Assembly: GCA_045634045.1 (NCBI GenBank)
Contig: JAZQZN010000003.1
Coordinates: 2,444-66,443, forward strand
Reading direction: 5' to 3'
Length of the DNA: 64,000 bases
Source of the DNA: Candidatus Enterocola sp.
Lineage (GTDB): Bacteria > Bacteroidota > Bacteroidia > Bacteroidales > Paludibacteraceae
Shown here one piece after another: positions 54,143-63,905 of this stretch. Every line of letters starts with the position of its first letter. The stretch's first letter is position 1. The translations under genes and the position numbers were made by a program. The notes under the pieces were generated by a model. The model worked only from the letters and a program-made list of their open reading frames with translations, was not told where the DNA came from and did no database searches.

Positions 54143-55666
54143 ATGAAATTAAACTTCTTAAACAAGACGCTTCTTTTAGGTTTAGGCTTGATGGCGTTGG
54201 TGGCTTGTAACAAAAGCACTTCTAACACCACAGGTTGGGCATACAACGACGCCGAATACGGCGGTTTTCAAGTAACCGAAGGATACGAACAACCCACTCC
54301 TATTGGAATGGTGTTGATTGGTGGTGGTACATTTACTATGGGTCGTGTAAACGAAGATACCTATAGCGAATGGAACAACAATCCTCGTCGTGTTACTGTA
54401 AACACATTCTACATGGACCAATACGAAATCTCTAACCGTAACTGGCGTGAGTATGTATATTGGATGAACTTTATGTATGGTCCTGAAGTATCGGCTAAAT
54501 GCCGTCCTGACTCTACCGTATGGCGCGAAGAGTTGGCGTACAACGAACCTTACCTAAACTACTATTTCACCCACGTGGCATACGACATGTATCCAGTTGT
54601 TGGTGTTAGCTGGGAACAAGCTACCGATTTCTGCTCATGGCGTTCTGACCGTGTAAACGAGTTGATGTTGAAAGAAAATGGTGTAATTGATTTCCCTGAC
54701 TTCGAAGCCATTTATCGTGATTCTACTCGTTTCGAAAATGACTCGATTGCCAAAACCAAAGTGTTCAACACTGGCAAATACTTGGCAACTGAATATGACC
54801 CTGCTTCAGAAAAAACCACTTCGCGCAACGAGTTTGGCGATCCTCGCAAATCTACCATGTCGGACGGTTTGTTGATGCCTAACTATCGTCTCCCAACCGA
54901 AGCTGAATGGGAATTTGCTGCTTATGGTTTGACTTCTGACAAAGACATGGAAAACTACGACAAACGTCGCATCTATCCTTGGGATGGTTCGCAAACCCGT
55001 AACCCAAGCCGCAAACACCGTGGCAAAATTATGGCGAACTTCTCTCGTGGTCGTGGTGACATGATGGGTGTTTCTGGTGATCTAAACGACAAGGCGAACA
55101 TTACCGCTCCTGTAAACTCGTTCTGGCCTAACGACTTCGGTTTGTACAATATGGCTGGTAACGTAAACGAATGGGTAATGGACGTATATCGTCCTGCAAG
55201 TAGCGACGAATATTCAGAATACAATCCTTTCCGTGGTAACGTTTATGTTGCTCCTGTAAAAGATTCGTTGGGTACCTTCCAATTGGATAGCTTGGGTCGC
55301 TTGGAATATGCAGTGCCTGTTTCGAAAGATAGCTTGGCTGCTTACAACAAATTGGACGTTCGTAACTGGAAAGACGGTGACGCACAAAGTAGCATCAACA
55401 AATGGACCGAAGTTATTGATCCAGACGTAGCTACTCGTCGTGTGTACGATGCTGACCACGCTAACAACGATATGGAAAAATACTTGGCTACCCAAATTTC
55501 GAACACTACTCGTGTTTACAAAGGTGGTTCTTGGAAAGACCGTTCGTACTGGTTGAGTCCTGCTACTCGTCGTTACAAAGAACAAGCTAAGAGCGCTAAC
55601 GACATCGGTTTCCGTTGCGCAATGGACCGCGTTGGCTCTGACAAAGGTAACAATAACAAAGAGTAA
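54143..55666 (+). CDS. gldJ: GldJ-like lipoprotein with FGE-sulfatase (SUMF1) domain
   Basis: 507 aa. Lipobox LMALVAC. NTTGWAYNDAEYGGFQV followed by GGGTFTMGR, NVNEWVMD, YKGGSWKD and IGFRCA (FGE-sulfatase fold blocks). The GldJ versus GldK/PorK assignment is from memory of N-terminal patterns only. Confidence 0.6.
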   Translation: MKLNFLNKTLLLGLGLMALVACNKSTSNTTGWAYNDAEYGGFQVTEGYEQPTPIGMVLIGGGTFTMGRVNEDTYSEWNNNPRRVTVNTFYMDQYEISNRNWREYVYWMNFMYGPEVSAKCRPDSTVWREELAYNEPYLNYYFTHVAYDMYPVVGVSWEQATDFCSWRSDRVNELMLKENGVIDFPDFEAIYRDSTRFENDSIAKTKVFNTGKYLATEYDPASEKTTSRNEFGDPRKSTMSDGLLMPNYRLPTEAEWEFAAYGLTSDKDMENYDKRRIYPWDGSQTRNPSRKHRGKIMANFSRGRGDMMGVSGDLNDKANITAPVNSFWPNDFGLYNMAGNVNEWVMDVYRPASSDEYSEYNPFRGNVYVAPVKDSLGTFQLDSLGRLEYAVPVSKDSLAAYNKLDVRNWKDGDAQSSINKWTEVIDPDVATRRVYDADHANNDMEKYLATQISNTTRVYKGGSWKDRSYWLSPATRRYKEQAKSANDIGFRCAMDRVGSDKGNNNKE

Positions 55667-55706
55667 TCGTAGTATCACATTCGTGTGTAATACCTTTATC
55701 ATATAG

Positions 55707-55736
55707 CAAGAGGCGGACTTTATGCTCCGCCTCTTG
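55707..55736 (+). terminator. hairpin terminator after the gldJ-like gene
   Basis: CAAGAGGCGGA-CTTTATGC-TCCGCCTCTTG followed by TTGTGT. The ATG at 55722 lies in its loop, which favours the downstream start at 55755. Confidence 0.7.
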
Positions 55737-55754
55737 TTGTGTAAAATAAGAAGG

Positions 55755-56978
55755 ATGATTGCTACTGAACATACATTTGTGCTGCCCAATGGCTTGCGTG
55801 TGTTGCTCTTGCCCGACAAGGGTGAGGTGGCGTTTTGTGGCTTGCTAACGGCTACGGGTACACGCGACGAGTTGCCCAACGAACATGGTTATGCGCACTT
55901 AACCGAGCACATGTTCTTTAAGGGGACAAAAAAGCGTAGCGCTGCACAAATCATCAATCGTTTGGAGGCTGTGGGTGGCGAGCTTAATGCTTATACGACC
56001 AAGGAAGAAACGGTGGTGTATGCCGTTTCGCTGAAGCGCGATTTGGCGCGGGCCGTTGAGTTGGTGGCAGATGTTTGCCTCAATGTGCAATTCTTGCCCG
56101 ACAATTTGGACAAGGAGAAAGAGGTGGTAATGGACGAAATCGACAGCTACTTGGACAGTCCTGCCGAATCCATCATCGACGACTTTGAGGATGCTGTTTT
56201 TTCGGGCTATGCCATCGGCCGCAATATTTTGGGAACCAAAACCTCGTTGCAGGAAGTAACCGTGCCTCGGCTGCAGGCTTTTTACGACCGCACCTATACC
56301 CCCGACAACCAGCTGTTTTTTATCATGGGCGATGTGTCGGTGGCACAGGTAGAAAAATGGGTATATCGTTACTTGGTGCATCCCAAGGGGGTGCGAAGCT
56401 ATACCAGGCAGCAACCAGCGTTGTATCACCCTTGTAGCTTGGAAGTGCAGAAAAATACCTCGCAGGCGCATTGCTTGTTGGGTGGTAGGGCCATTGATGC
56501 CCATAGCTCGCTTCGCTACGTGTCGGCTTTGCTCAATAATATTTTGGGTGGCACGTCTGCCAATAGCCGTTTGAACATGAGCCTGCGCGAACGTCATGCT
56601 TTGGTGTATCAGGTAGAATCGCAGGTGGTATCCTATACCGACACAGGGGTATGGAGCATTTATTTGGGCACCGATCATGCCGACCTAAAACGTGCTTTGC
56701 GATTGGTGCGTGCCGAATTGGATAAGTTGTGCCAGCATCCGCTGTCTGACAGGCAGCTATTGGCGGCTAAACGTCAGCTTTTGGCGCAACAAATCATCTC
56801 CTCCGATAACAAGGAATCGTGGGTGCTCAATGCTGCAAAAAACTATTTCCTAAAGGGAAGCATTGCCACCTATGCCGAAATAGAAGAGAAGATCAATGCC
56901 ATTACGGCTCCACAGCTCATGGCATTGGCACAACAATATTTTGCACCCGAAAACCAATCGCAGCTGGTTTTCCAATAA
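55755..56978 (+). CDS. M16-family zinc peptidase (pitrilysin-like)
   Basis: ORF 55722..56978, trimmed to MIATEHTFVLPNG. Inverted zincin motif HLTEH, followed by FKGT. Confidence 0.85.
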   Translation: MIATEHTFVLPNGLRVLLLPDKGEVAFCGLLTATGTRDELPNEHGYAHLTEHMFFKGTKKRSAAQIINRLEAVGGELNAYTTKEETVVYAVSLKRDLARAVELVADVCLNVQFLPDNLDKEKEVVMDEIDSYLDSPAESIIDDFEDAVFSGYAIGRNILGTKTSLQEVTVPRLQAFYDRTYTPDNQLFFIMGDVSVAQVEKWVYRYLVHPKGVRSYTRQQPALYHPCSLEVQKNTSQAHCLLGGRAIDAHSSLRYVSALLNNILGGTSANSRLNMSLRERHALVYQVESQVVSYTDTGVWSIYLGTDHADLKRALRLVRAELDKLCQHPLSDRQLLAAKRQLLAQQIISSDNKESWVLNAAKNYFLKGSIATYAEIEEKINAITAPQLMALAQQYFAPENQSQLVFQ

Positions 56979-56987
56979 AAAAACCAT

Positions 56988-57052
56988 TACCCCGCAGGGG
57001 TTTACCTAATTGTAACCCTGTGTTAAGGGAGCAAAGCGACCGCAACGCAGAG
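56988..57052 (+). repeat. REP-like structured repeat (copy G)
   Basis: TACCCCGCAGGGGTTTACCTAATTGTAACCCTGTGTTAAGGGAGCAAAGCGACCGCAACGCAGAG, 9 nt after the peptidase stop. Confidence 0.8.
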
Positions 57053-57063
57053 AATAAGAAACC

Positions 57064-57687
57064 ATGTTAGAGAAATACATACTAGAACATTCGCAACCCG
57101 AATCGGAGTTGTTGCAACGCCTTACCCGCGAGGTAAACATCGGTATGTTGCATCCGCACATGCTGTCGGGGCATATACAAGGCCGCTTGCTATCGATGTT
57201 GGTACACATGCTACAGCCCAAACGCATCCTTGAATTGGGTACATACGTGGGTTATTCTGCCATGTGTATGGCAGAGGGTTTGCCCGAAGATGGTAAAATC
57301 ATCACCCTCGATATTGACGACGAAATAGAAGACATTGCCCGTAACTACATCCAGCAATCGCCCTATGCCGACAAGATCGAAATGGTGGTGTGTGATGCTT
57401 TGCAATGGTTAGCATCCTGCCAGGAAACCTTCGATTTGGTGTTTATTGATGCCAACAAACGTCACTACATCGAATACTTCGAAGCCGTGTTCGACAAGGT
57501 ACGCCCTGGTGGCTTTTTGCTCGCCGACAACACCCTTTGGGGTGGCAAGGTGGTAGAAAAAGTGGCATCGAACGACTACCAAACACAAGGCTTGCTTCGC
57601 TTTAACGATTACCTAAAAACAGTGTCGGGGATAGAATACTTTATTCTACCTTTGCGCGACGGAATCACGTTTATCAGAAAATTATGA
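57064..57687 (+). CDS. class I SAM-dependent O-methyltransferase (caffeoyl-CoA OMT-like)
   Basis: 207 aa. ILELGTYVGYS (motif I) and FIDANKRHY blocks. Confidence 0.8.
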   Translation: MLEKYILEHSQPESELLQRLTREVNIGMLHPHMLSGHIQGRLLSMLVHMLQPKRILELGTYVGYSAMCMAEGLPEDGKIITLDIDDEIEDIARNYIQQSPYADKIEMVVCDALQWLASCQETFDLVFIDANKRHYIEYFEAVFDKVRPGGFLLADNTLWGGKVVEKVASNDYQTQGLLRFNDYLKTVSGIEYFILPLRDGITFIRKL

Positions 57688-60600
57688 AATACACACTTCT
57701 CACATTAACCCTTTGCTTGCTATCAGGAGGGCTTTGGGCGCAACAATCGGTGCTTGATACGCATCCTAAACACTTGTTGGAAACTGGTGTTAGCATGTTT
57801 GCTGAAAAGAACTATCCTGCAGCCAGTAGGTATTTGACCAATGCCTTGCAATCGGGCTATTTTGATGGCTCGGAAGAAGAGCGTTTGGCAAAAAATTACT
57901 TGGCATTGTCTGCTTACTACCAAAAAAAGAACGATGCGCAAAAGCAGTTGGAGGCATACGCTAATGATTATCCTTATGCATCCAACATGGATCAAGTGCA
58001 GCTGTACATCGGTATCTTGGAAATTGAAGGTGGCAAGTACAAGTTGGCGTTAGACAGATTGGACGGTGTTCGTTCCAAACAGCTATCTGCCGACGATGCG
58101 CAGGCATTGCAATACTACCGTGCGTATGCGCATGTGAAGCAAAAAAAATACGACAAAGCAGCGCACTATTTTGGTGATTTGCTCAAAAGTGGGGCAGGGG
58201 TGTACGAAGCCAATGCCAACTACTACTACGGCTATGCGCAATACCAGTTGGGCAACTACCGCGAAGCCTTGTCGGCGATTCAGAAAGTTGAAAATCATCC
58301 TGATTTCAAAGAAAATGCGGCTTACCTAATTTGTCAATTGTATTTCTTGCAAGGCAACTGTGAAAAGGCGACCGAGATCGGTAAAAAGATCATGGCATCC
58401 GAGAAGAAGGACAAAAAACTGGCAGAAGTGTTGCGCATCATGGGGGCGTGTGCTTTCCGTTCGTCTGCACATGCCGAAGCGGTTGACTACTTGGAACGCT
58501 ACCAAAAAGTAACCAAACGTATCGCGCGCGAAGATTGGTACACCATCGGTATGGCATACTACCAGTTGGGTAGCTACGACAAAGCAGCCAAAGCCTTGTC
58601 GAAGGTGACGACAAAAAGCGATAAGATGACCCAAAATGCCTACTTCCACATTGGTATGTCGTACTTGCAGCTGCAAGACAAGAAGAAGGCACGCATGGCA
58701 TTTGAGCAAGCAGCGAACAGCAATTTCGACAAAGACATTCAGGAAGATGCGTTGTACAATTATGCGTTGGTGACCTACGAAATTTCGTACCAACCTTTCA
58801 ACGAATCGGTGGTGGCTTTTGAACGTTTCTTAAAAGAATTCCCCAATTCGAAATACAACGACAAGGTGTACGAATACTTGGTAAATGCCTACCTTACCAC
58901 CAACAACTATGCGGATGCCTACAAGTCGATTCAGAACCTCAATACGACCAACAAAACGGTAAAAGAGGCAGAAGAACGTGTGCTATTTGGCATGGCAACC
59001 AACGCCATTGCAACCCGTAAATATGCTCCTGCTATGGAGTACCTGGACTTGTTGCTCAAGAATAAATCGTACAACCCAGACATTACTGCACGTGCTTACT
59101 TCTGGTACGGCGAATGTTTGTTCCGTAGCGAAAAATACACCGAAGCACAAGAGTATTTTCAAAAATACCTCAAAAACACCACTTCTCGTACCCAAAGCGA
59201 ATACAATTTGGCGTACTACAACATGGCATACACCTACTTTATGCAGAAAAATTATGCCAAATCCAACGAGTGGTTTAGGCAGTACGTGCAAATGGAGAAA
59301 GAAAACACCGTGTTGCTCATAGATGCCAACAACCGCATCGGTGATGCTTACTTCCAGCAACGTCAGTACGAAAGAGCGATGCAGGCATACGACCAGAACA
59401 TCAACATGGGTAATACCATTGCTGGGGTCGATTATGCCATGTACCAAAAAGGTTTCTTGCAAGGTTTGCAGGGAGCATATACCGACAAAATTGCAACAAT
59501 GGATGCTTTGCAGCAACGTTTCCCCAAATCAGAATGGGTGGACGATGCCATGTACGAAACAGCGCGTAGCTACACTTCGCTCAACAACAACCGCAAAGCG
59601 ATTGAGGTGTTCGAAAGCATCTGTGGCAAGTTTGCGAAAAACAGCGACGTGGTGCGCAAATCGAAATTGCAAATTGCCATGTTGCAGTACAACGAGGGTA
59701 ATGTGGATGCGTCCATTTCGATGTACAAACAAATCATTGCCCAATACCCCAACAGCGAGGAAGCGAGCACTTCGCTTTCGACCTTGGAGAGTATGATGGT
59801 GGACCAAAACCGTGTGGACGAATTTACCCAGTTGGCACAGCAAATGGGGCAATCATCAACCACCAAGGAAGACTCGTTGCAGTACAAAGCAGTCGAAAAA
59901 GTGTATTTCCGCGACGATGTGGCGGGTGCTGTAACTGGCTTTGAAAAATACTTGTCCACCTATCCCAATGGCAAGTATCATTCGTTGGCAACCTACTATT
60001 TGGCCAACTGCTACTACCGCCAAAACAACAATGCGGCATCGTTGGCATTGTACAAAAAATTGGTGGATGATGCGCAAAACCCCAACTTCGAACTTACGTT
60101 GGTGCGTGCAGCTTCGTTGAGCTACGATGCTGGCAAATATGCCGATGCAGTGGGCTATTTTGTGCAGTTGGAAGGTGTGGGCAGCAAAGAAAACAAGCAG
60201 GCAGCGGCATTGGGATTGTTGCGCTGCTACTACCTATTGCGTCAGTACGACAAAACCATTGAGGTAGCATCGGACGTTATTTCGACCTATGGTGGCAATG
60301 CCGATATGGTGGCAGAGGCGCGCTACAACAGAATGAAAGCCTATTTGGCACTCAATAAGGTAGAAGAATCGTTGCCAGACACCAAGGCGTTGGCAAAGGA
60401 TACCCGCAATGCATGGGGTGCTGAAGCTAAGTACTTGTTGGCTTACTACTACCTATACAAAAAAGATTATGCCAAAGCCGAGGCAGAGGTGTTCGACTAC
60501 ATCGAAAAAGGTACGCAGCACCAGCATTGGTTGGCCAAAACGTTCTTGGTATTGGCAGATGTTTATGTTGCACAAGAAAACTATTTTGAGGCAAAACAAT

Positions 60601-60719
60601 ACTTGTTGAGCTTGCGCGACAACTACGATGCCACCAACGACGACGAAGTGGCAACGGGCATCAGCCATCGTTTAGAGACCATTAGTAAATACGAAAACGA
60701 ATCTGTATCAGATAATTAG
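57684..60719 (+). CDS. secreted tetratricopeptide-repeat protein
   Basis: 1011 aa. Signal peptide. Recurrent A/Y/L-rich 34-residue TPR-like periodicity throughout. The start overlaps the upstream stop by 4 nt. Confidence 0.7.
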   Translation: MKYTLLTLTLCLLSGGLWAQQSVLDTHPKHLLETGVSMFAEKNYPAASRYLTNALQSGYFDGSEEERLAKNYLALSAYYQKKNDAQKQLEAYANDYPYASNMDQVQLYIGILEIEGGKYKLALDRLDGVRSKQLSADDAQALQYYRAYAHVKQKKYDKAAHYFGDLLKSGAGVYEANANYYYGYAQYQLGNYREALSAIQKVENHPDFKENAAYLICQLYFLQGNCEKATEIGKKIMASEKKDKKLAEVLRIMGACAFRSSAHAEAVDYLERYQKVTKRIAREDWYTIGMAYYQLGSYDKAAKALSKVTTKSDKMTQNAYFHIGMSYLQLQDKKKARMAFEQAANSNFDKDIQEDALYNYALVTYEISYQPFNESVVAFERFLKEFPNSKYNDKVYEYLVNAYLTTNNYADAYKSIQNLNTTNKTVKEAEERVLFGMATNAIATRKYAPAMEYLDLLLKNKSYNPDITARAYFWYGECLFRSEKYTEAQEYFQKYLKNTTSRTQSEYNLAYYNMAYTYFMQKNYAKSNEWFRQYVQMEKENTVLLIDANNRIGDAYFQQRQYERAMQAYDQNINMGNTIAGVDYAMYQKGFLQGLQGAYTDKIATMDALQQRFPKSEWVDDAMYETARSYTSLNNNRKAIEVFESICGKFAKNSDVVRKSKLQIAMLQYNEGNVDASISMYKQIIAQYPNSEEASTSLSTLESMMVDQNRVDEFTQLAQQMGQSSTTKEDSLQYKAVEKVYFRDDVAGAVTGFEKYLSTYPNGKYHSLATYYLANCYYRQNNNAASLALYKKLVDDAQNPNFELTLVRAASLSYDAGKYADAVGYFVQLEGVGSKENKQAAALGLLRCYYLLRQYDKTIEVASDVISTYGGNADMVAEARYNRMKAYLALNKVEESLPDTKALAKDTRNAWGAEAKYLLAYYYLYKKDYAKAEAEVFDYIEKGTQHQHWLAKTFLVLADVYVAQENYFEAKQYLLSLRDNYDATNDDEVATGISHRLETISKYENESVSDN

Positions 60720-60722
60720 TAT

Positions 60723-62402
60723 ATGAAACGTACTGTGTTATTGTTGATGGGCGCTTTGCTATGTGGAGCGCCGCTCATGGCTGCCGATGAGGTGAGCCGT
60801 GATGTAACCGTCGAATTGGACTACAATCCCACCATAGGGCAAGTAACCAAGCAAGTGCTTACGCCCGAGAAGGAAGAATTTAAGGCAGATACGCCACAGG
60901 TAAAATACGCTACCTGGTCGAAAGTAGAAGAGGTGGAATTGCCTGTGAATAAGCAACGAGCAATCGATGCCGATGTAAACCGTAAGTACGACTACAAAAA
61001 GGGTACTTTTAAGGCAGGTTTAGGCTTTTATTGGCAGGTGTTGGGTGAGTTTTACTATCCTTTGTTGCAGGGCGATAGCTACCTGTTGGACGTGGATGTG
61101 AAGCACCACTCCAACTGGAGCAAGATTGCTTTGGAAGATGGTACAACACCTCGTGGTATGAGCAACTATACCGATGTGGCATTGACCTACGAACACCAAT
61201 TCGACAATGCCAGCTTGTCGATGCAGGCGGATTATGCCTATACGGGCTATGACTACTATGGCATGAGCACCGAGCCCATTACTCCTTTCTATAAGGATAC
61301 CATTGGAACGAACTCGGCGTTTAATTTTGAAGCATCGTTGCAATCGACCAATCCTAAAAAATCATTCCAATACAACGTGGCATTGGACTACCTATACTTT
61401 GGTAGAAACTTTGATATTTCGATGCACGAGGTAGGTTTTGAGGGTGATTTTAGCGGCAAAGCAGGTACAGGTCGTATGGGTGCAGAGGTAGAGGTGGATG
61501 TGCACCTACTAGCTATGCAAGAACATCCTATGCACAACGTAGGTGTGCTTAAAATTGCTCCTTACTATGGTTGGCACGGCAGGGATTGGGAGTTGGAATT
61601 GGGTGCGAACCTTTTTGCTCACATAGCAGAGGGCGAAAATCCATGGCCCGTAAGTGGTTCTGCCAACATCAAGGCACACGCAGGCATCGTTCCTGAATTG
61701 TTCTACTTGTACGTTGGCATCACAGGCGATTACAGCAGCAACGATTACTACAGCATCTTGCGCGAAAATAAATACATTACGCCTACCTTGTCGGTAGCAC
61801 CTACCTATACTCCCTTTGATGCCAATTTGGGACTAAAAGTGCGCATCATGAAAGGGTTGCTGTTCGATGTGGATGCACGCTATCAGCTAATTTTGGATCA
61901 ATACTATTTTGTCAACCATACCGACGAATCGGTCAACCAAATTACGGGCGAGACCGAAGCTTACTATACCAATACGTTTGATGTGGTGTACGAACCTACT
62001 ACCCATCACTTGTCAGTAGGGGCGGGCTTGTATTTCGATTACGTAAAAGGGTTGGATATGTCGGTCAATGCACGTTACAACATGTGGAGTGTTACGCAAG
62101 AGGCGTATGCATGGCACAAACCTACTTGGGAAATTGGTTTCAAGGGAACCTACAACTTCTTGGAAAAATGGCAGGTGGGTGCATCCTATACCTATTTGGG
62201 TGGTCGCATGGCAAAAGTGCAAGGCGAGGCCAAGAGCATCAACGATTTGCACGATGTGAACGTATGGGCATCCTACAAAGCATTGGATTGGTTGAGCGTG
62301 TTTGTTGAGGGCAAAAACTTGGCCAACATCCAATCGGACGTATTCTACGGCTACCGTAGCTTTGGCATCAACGCCATGGCAGGTGTGACTTTTAGTTTTT
62401 AA
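60723..62402 (+). CDS. putative outer-membrane beta-barrel protein
   Basis: 559 aa. Signal peptide. Alternating-hydrophobicity strands. C-terminal ...AGVTFSF with a terminal Phe, typical of OM barrels. No specific family recognised. Confidence 0.55.
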   Translation: MKRTVLLLMGALLCGAPLMAADEVSRDVTVELDYNPTIGQVTKQVLTPEKEEFKADTPQVKYATWSKVEEVELPVNKQRAIDADVNRKYDYKKGTFKAGLGFYWQVLGEFYYPLLQGDSYLLDVDVKHHSNWSKIALEDGTTPRGMSNYTDVALTYEHQFDNASLSMQADYAYTGYDYYGMSTEPITPFYKDTIGTNSAFNFEASLQSTNPKKSFQYNVALDYLYFGRNFDISMHEVGFEGDFSGKAGTGRMGAEVEVDVHLLAMQEHPMHNVGVLKIAPYYGWHGRDWELELGANLFAHIAEGENPWPVSGSANIKAHAGIVPELFYLYVGITGDYSSNDYYSILRENKYITPTLSVAPTYTPFDANLGLKVRIMKGLLFDVDARYQLILDQYYFVNHTDESVNQITGETEAYYTNTFDVVYEPTTHHLSVGAGLYFDYVKGLDMSVNARYNMWSVTQEAYAWHKPTWEIGFKGTYNFLEKWQVGASYTYLGGRMAKVQGEAKSINDLHDVNVWASYKALDWLSVFVEGKNLANIQSDVFYGYRSFGINAMAGVTFSF

Positions 62403-62449
62403 GCGAATTTAGCCTCATCTTCTTTTAGAATAAAACTAATAGTACTTAC

Positions 62450-62815
62450 ATGAATTTAGCGCATCATCTAGGGCACAGTGGCGAGCACGCCGCTGTGCAA
62501 TACCTTATAGATAACGGCTATAATATTAGAGTCACTAACTGGCGCTATCGGCGTATCGAAGTTGATATTATAGCCGAAACTTCACAATTCCTTGTTATAG
62601 TAGAAGTAAAGAGTAGACGTAATACCTTATTTACAGACCCATACAAAGCGGTAAATTATACCAAGATGCGCCGTTTGGTCAATGCGGCTCATGCTTATGT
62701 GCTACACTATGGCATTCACAAGGAAGTGCGCTTTGATATCATTGAGGTTGTTTCTACATCCAATGGATTCTCTCTCAACCACATCCCCGACGCTTTCGTC
62801 CCACCCGTAGAGTAA
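62450..62815 (+). CDS. yraN: YraN-family (UPF0102) endonuclease-like protein
   Basis: 121 aa. GEHAAVQYL..GY.I...NWRY...EVDIIA......IVEVKSR pattern. Confidence 0.8.
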   Translation: MNLAHHLGHSGEHAAVQYLIDNGYNIRVTNWRYRRIEVDIIAETSQFLVIVEVKSRRNTLFTDPYKAVNYTKMRRLVNAAHAYVLHYGIHKEVRFDIIEVVSTSNGFSLNHIPDAFVPPVE

Positions 62816-63092
62816 TGTAGTTTATTGCTTTGCGATCTGTTCGTCGATTCAATCTTCCGACTCGGTTTTCGTTCGGGCTTTTTCAATCCAAAAACTACGA
62901 GAGCTGAACTCCCTTCGCTCAAACAGCACCTCTCGCTTAACGTTTTTGTCTTTAAAAAGCACTTTCCTCTCTCCAACCAGATGTCGTTAGAGTTGAATCG
63001 ATTATTTGTACTTCATTCTCACTAGTACATGACAGATTCATCGATTCTTTTACATTTCATGTATTAAGTTTTTATATGTAAAAACATAATAC

Positions 63093-63100
63093 TATATTTG
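63093..63100 (+). promoter_or_regulatory. -7 promoter box TATATTTG, only 7 nt from the ATG (leaderless or near-leaderless mRNA)
   Basis: Matches TAnnTTTG. The ATG is at 63108. Confidence 0.45.
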
Positions 63101-63107
63101 CATCAGT

Positions 63108-63797
63108 ATGGAATCATTCAGAGCAAATATGATACAACAAATTGAGAAGATAGATAAAGGAATTATCTTCTCAATATCCGATTTGTCGTTTGCAGTTGAT
63201 AAAATGCCTAATGTTTGTGTGCTATTAAGCGAATTAACTAAAAAGGGGATACTAAAAAGGTTTAGAAAAGGATCTTATTATAAACCACGTAAATCGCTTA
63301 TGGGATTAGGTGAATTGCCTTTGTTTGAGGAGGAAAAGATAAACTTCATTTTGCAAAAATACAATGGGTATATTACGGGTGCATACGCCTATAATAAGTT
63401 GCATATTACCAATCAAGTACCCAATTTTATTACCATAGCATGCCTTCATCCTTTGCGCATCAATCAGCTAAATGGAACAGCATTAAAATATACCAAGGCC
63501 TATGTAAAACCAACAGCAACTAACAGCTATATGTTAATTCTATTGGATGCTATAAAGGATGCAGATAAAATGCCTGGTTTGACGGCAGTAGAGGCTTTGC
63601 AAAAGATTGCTCAAATTATTATGGGGTTCAGTTTAAAAGAAATAACCTCTATATCTAAACTAGTTACGTTTTATCCACCCCGAACAATGCACAGGTTGTG
63701 TCTTATACTACAAAAAATAGGTTACGAAGAGCAATGTCGTACCCTTAAACAGAGTCTTAATCCTACAACAAAATTTCACGCCTATTCACTTTCCTAA
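63108..63797 (+). CDS. AbiEi-like (DUF6088-type) antitoxin / transcriptional regulator
   Basis: 229 aa. The N-terminal winged-helix-like segment ..VLLSELTKKGILKRFRKGSYYKP.. fits AbiEi/DUF6088. It is followed by an AbiEii-like gene. Confidence 0.55.
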   Translation: MESFRANMIQQIEKIDKGIIFSISDLSFAVDKMPNVCVLLSELTKKGILKRFRKGSYYKPRKSLMGLGELPLFEEEKINFILQKYNGYITGAYAYNKLHITNQVPNFITIACLHPLRINQLNGTALKYTKAYVKPTATNSYMLILLDAIKDADKMPGLTAVEALQKIAQIIMGFSLKEITSISKLVTFYPPRTMHRLCLILQKIGYEEQCRTLKQSLNPTTKFHAYSLS

Positions 63798-63866
63798 TAG
63801 GTTTCGTTTTTTTGAATCGTTAACATCGTCTACCCCAATTTATACAAATTATCAAGGTATATTTTG

Positions 63867-63874
63867 TATCTTTG
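63867..63874 (+). promoter_or_regulatory. -7 promoter box TATCTTTG
   Basis: Matches TAnnTTTG, 31 nt upstream of the ATG at 63906. Confidence 0.4.
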
Positions 63875-63905
63875 TATCACATTTTAATTCTTAAAAACTT
63901 ACAGT

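Noticed and set aside
55214-56678. 221-aa and 259-aa minus-strand ORFs (55214-55879 and 55899-56678).
   Set aside because: They are antisense to the well-supported gldJ-like and M16 peptidase genes, and no motifs were recognised.
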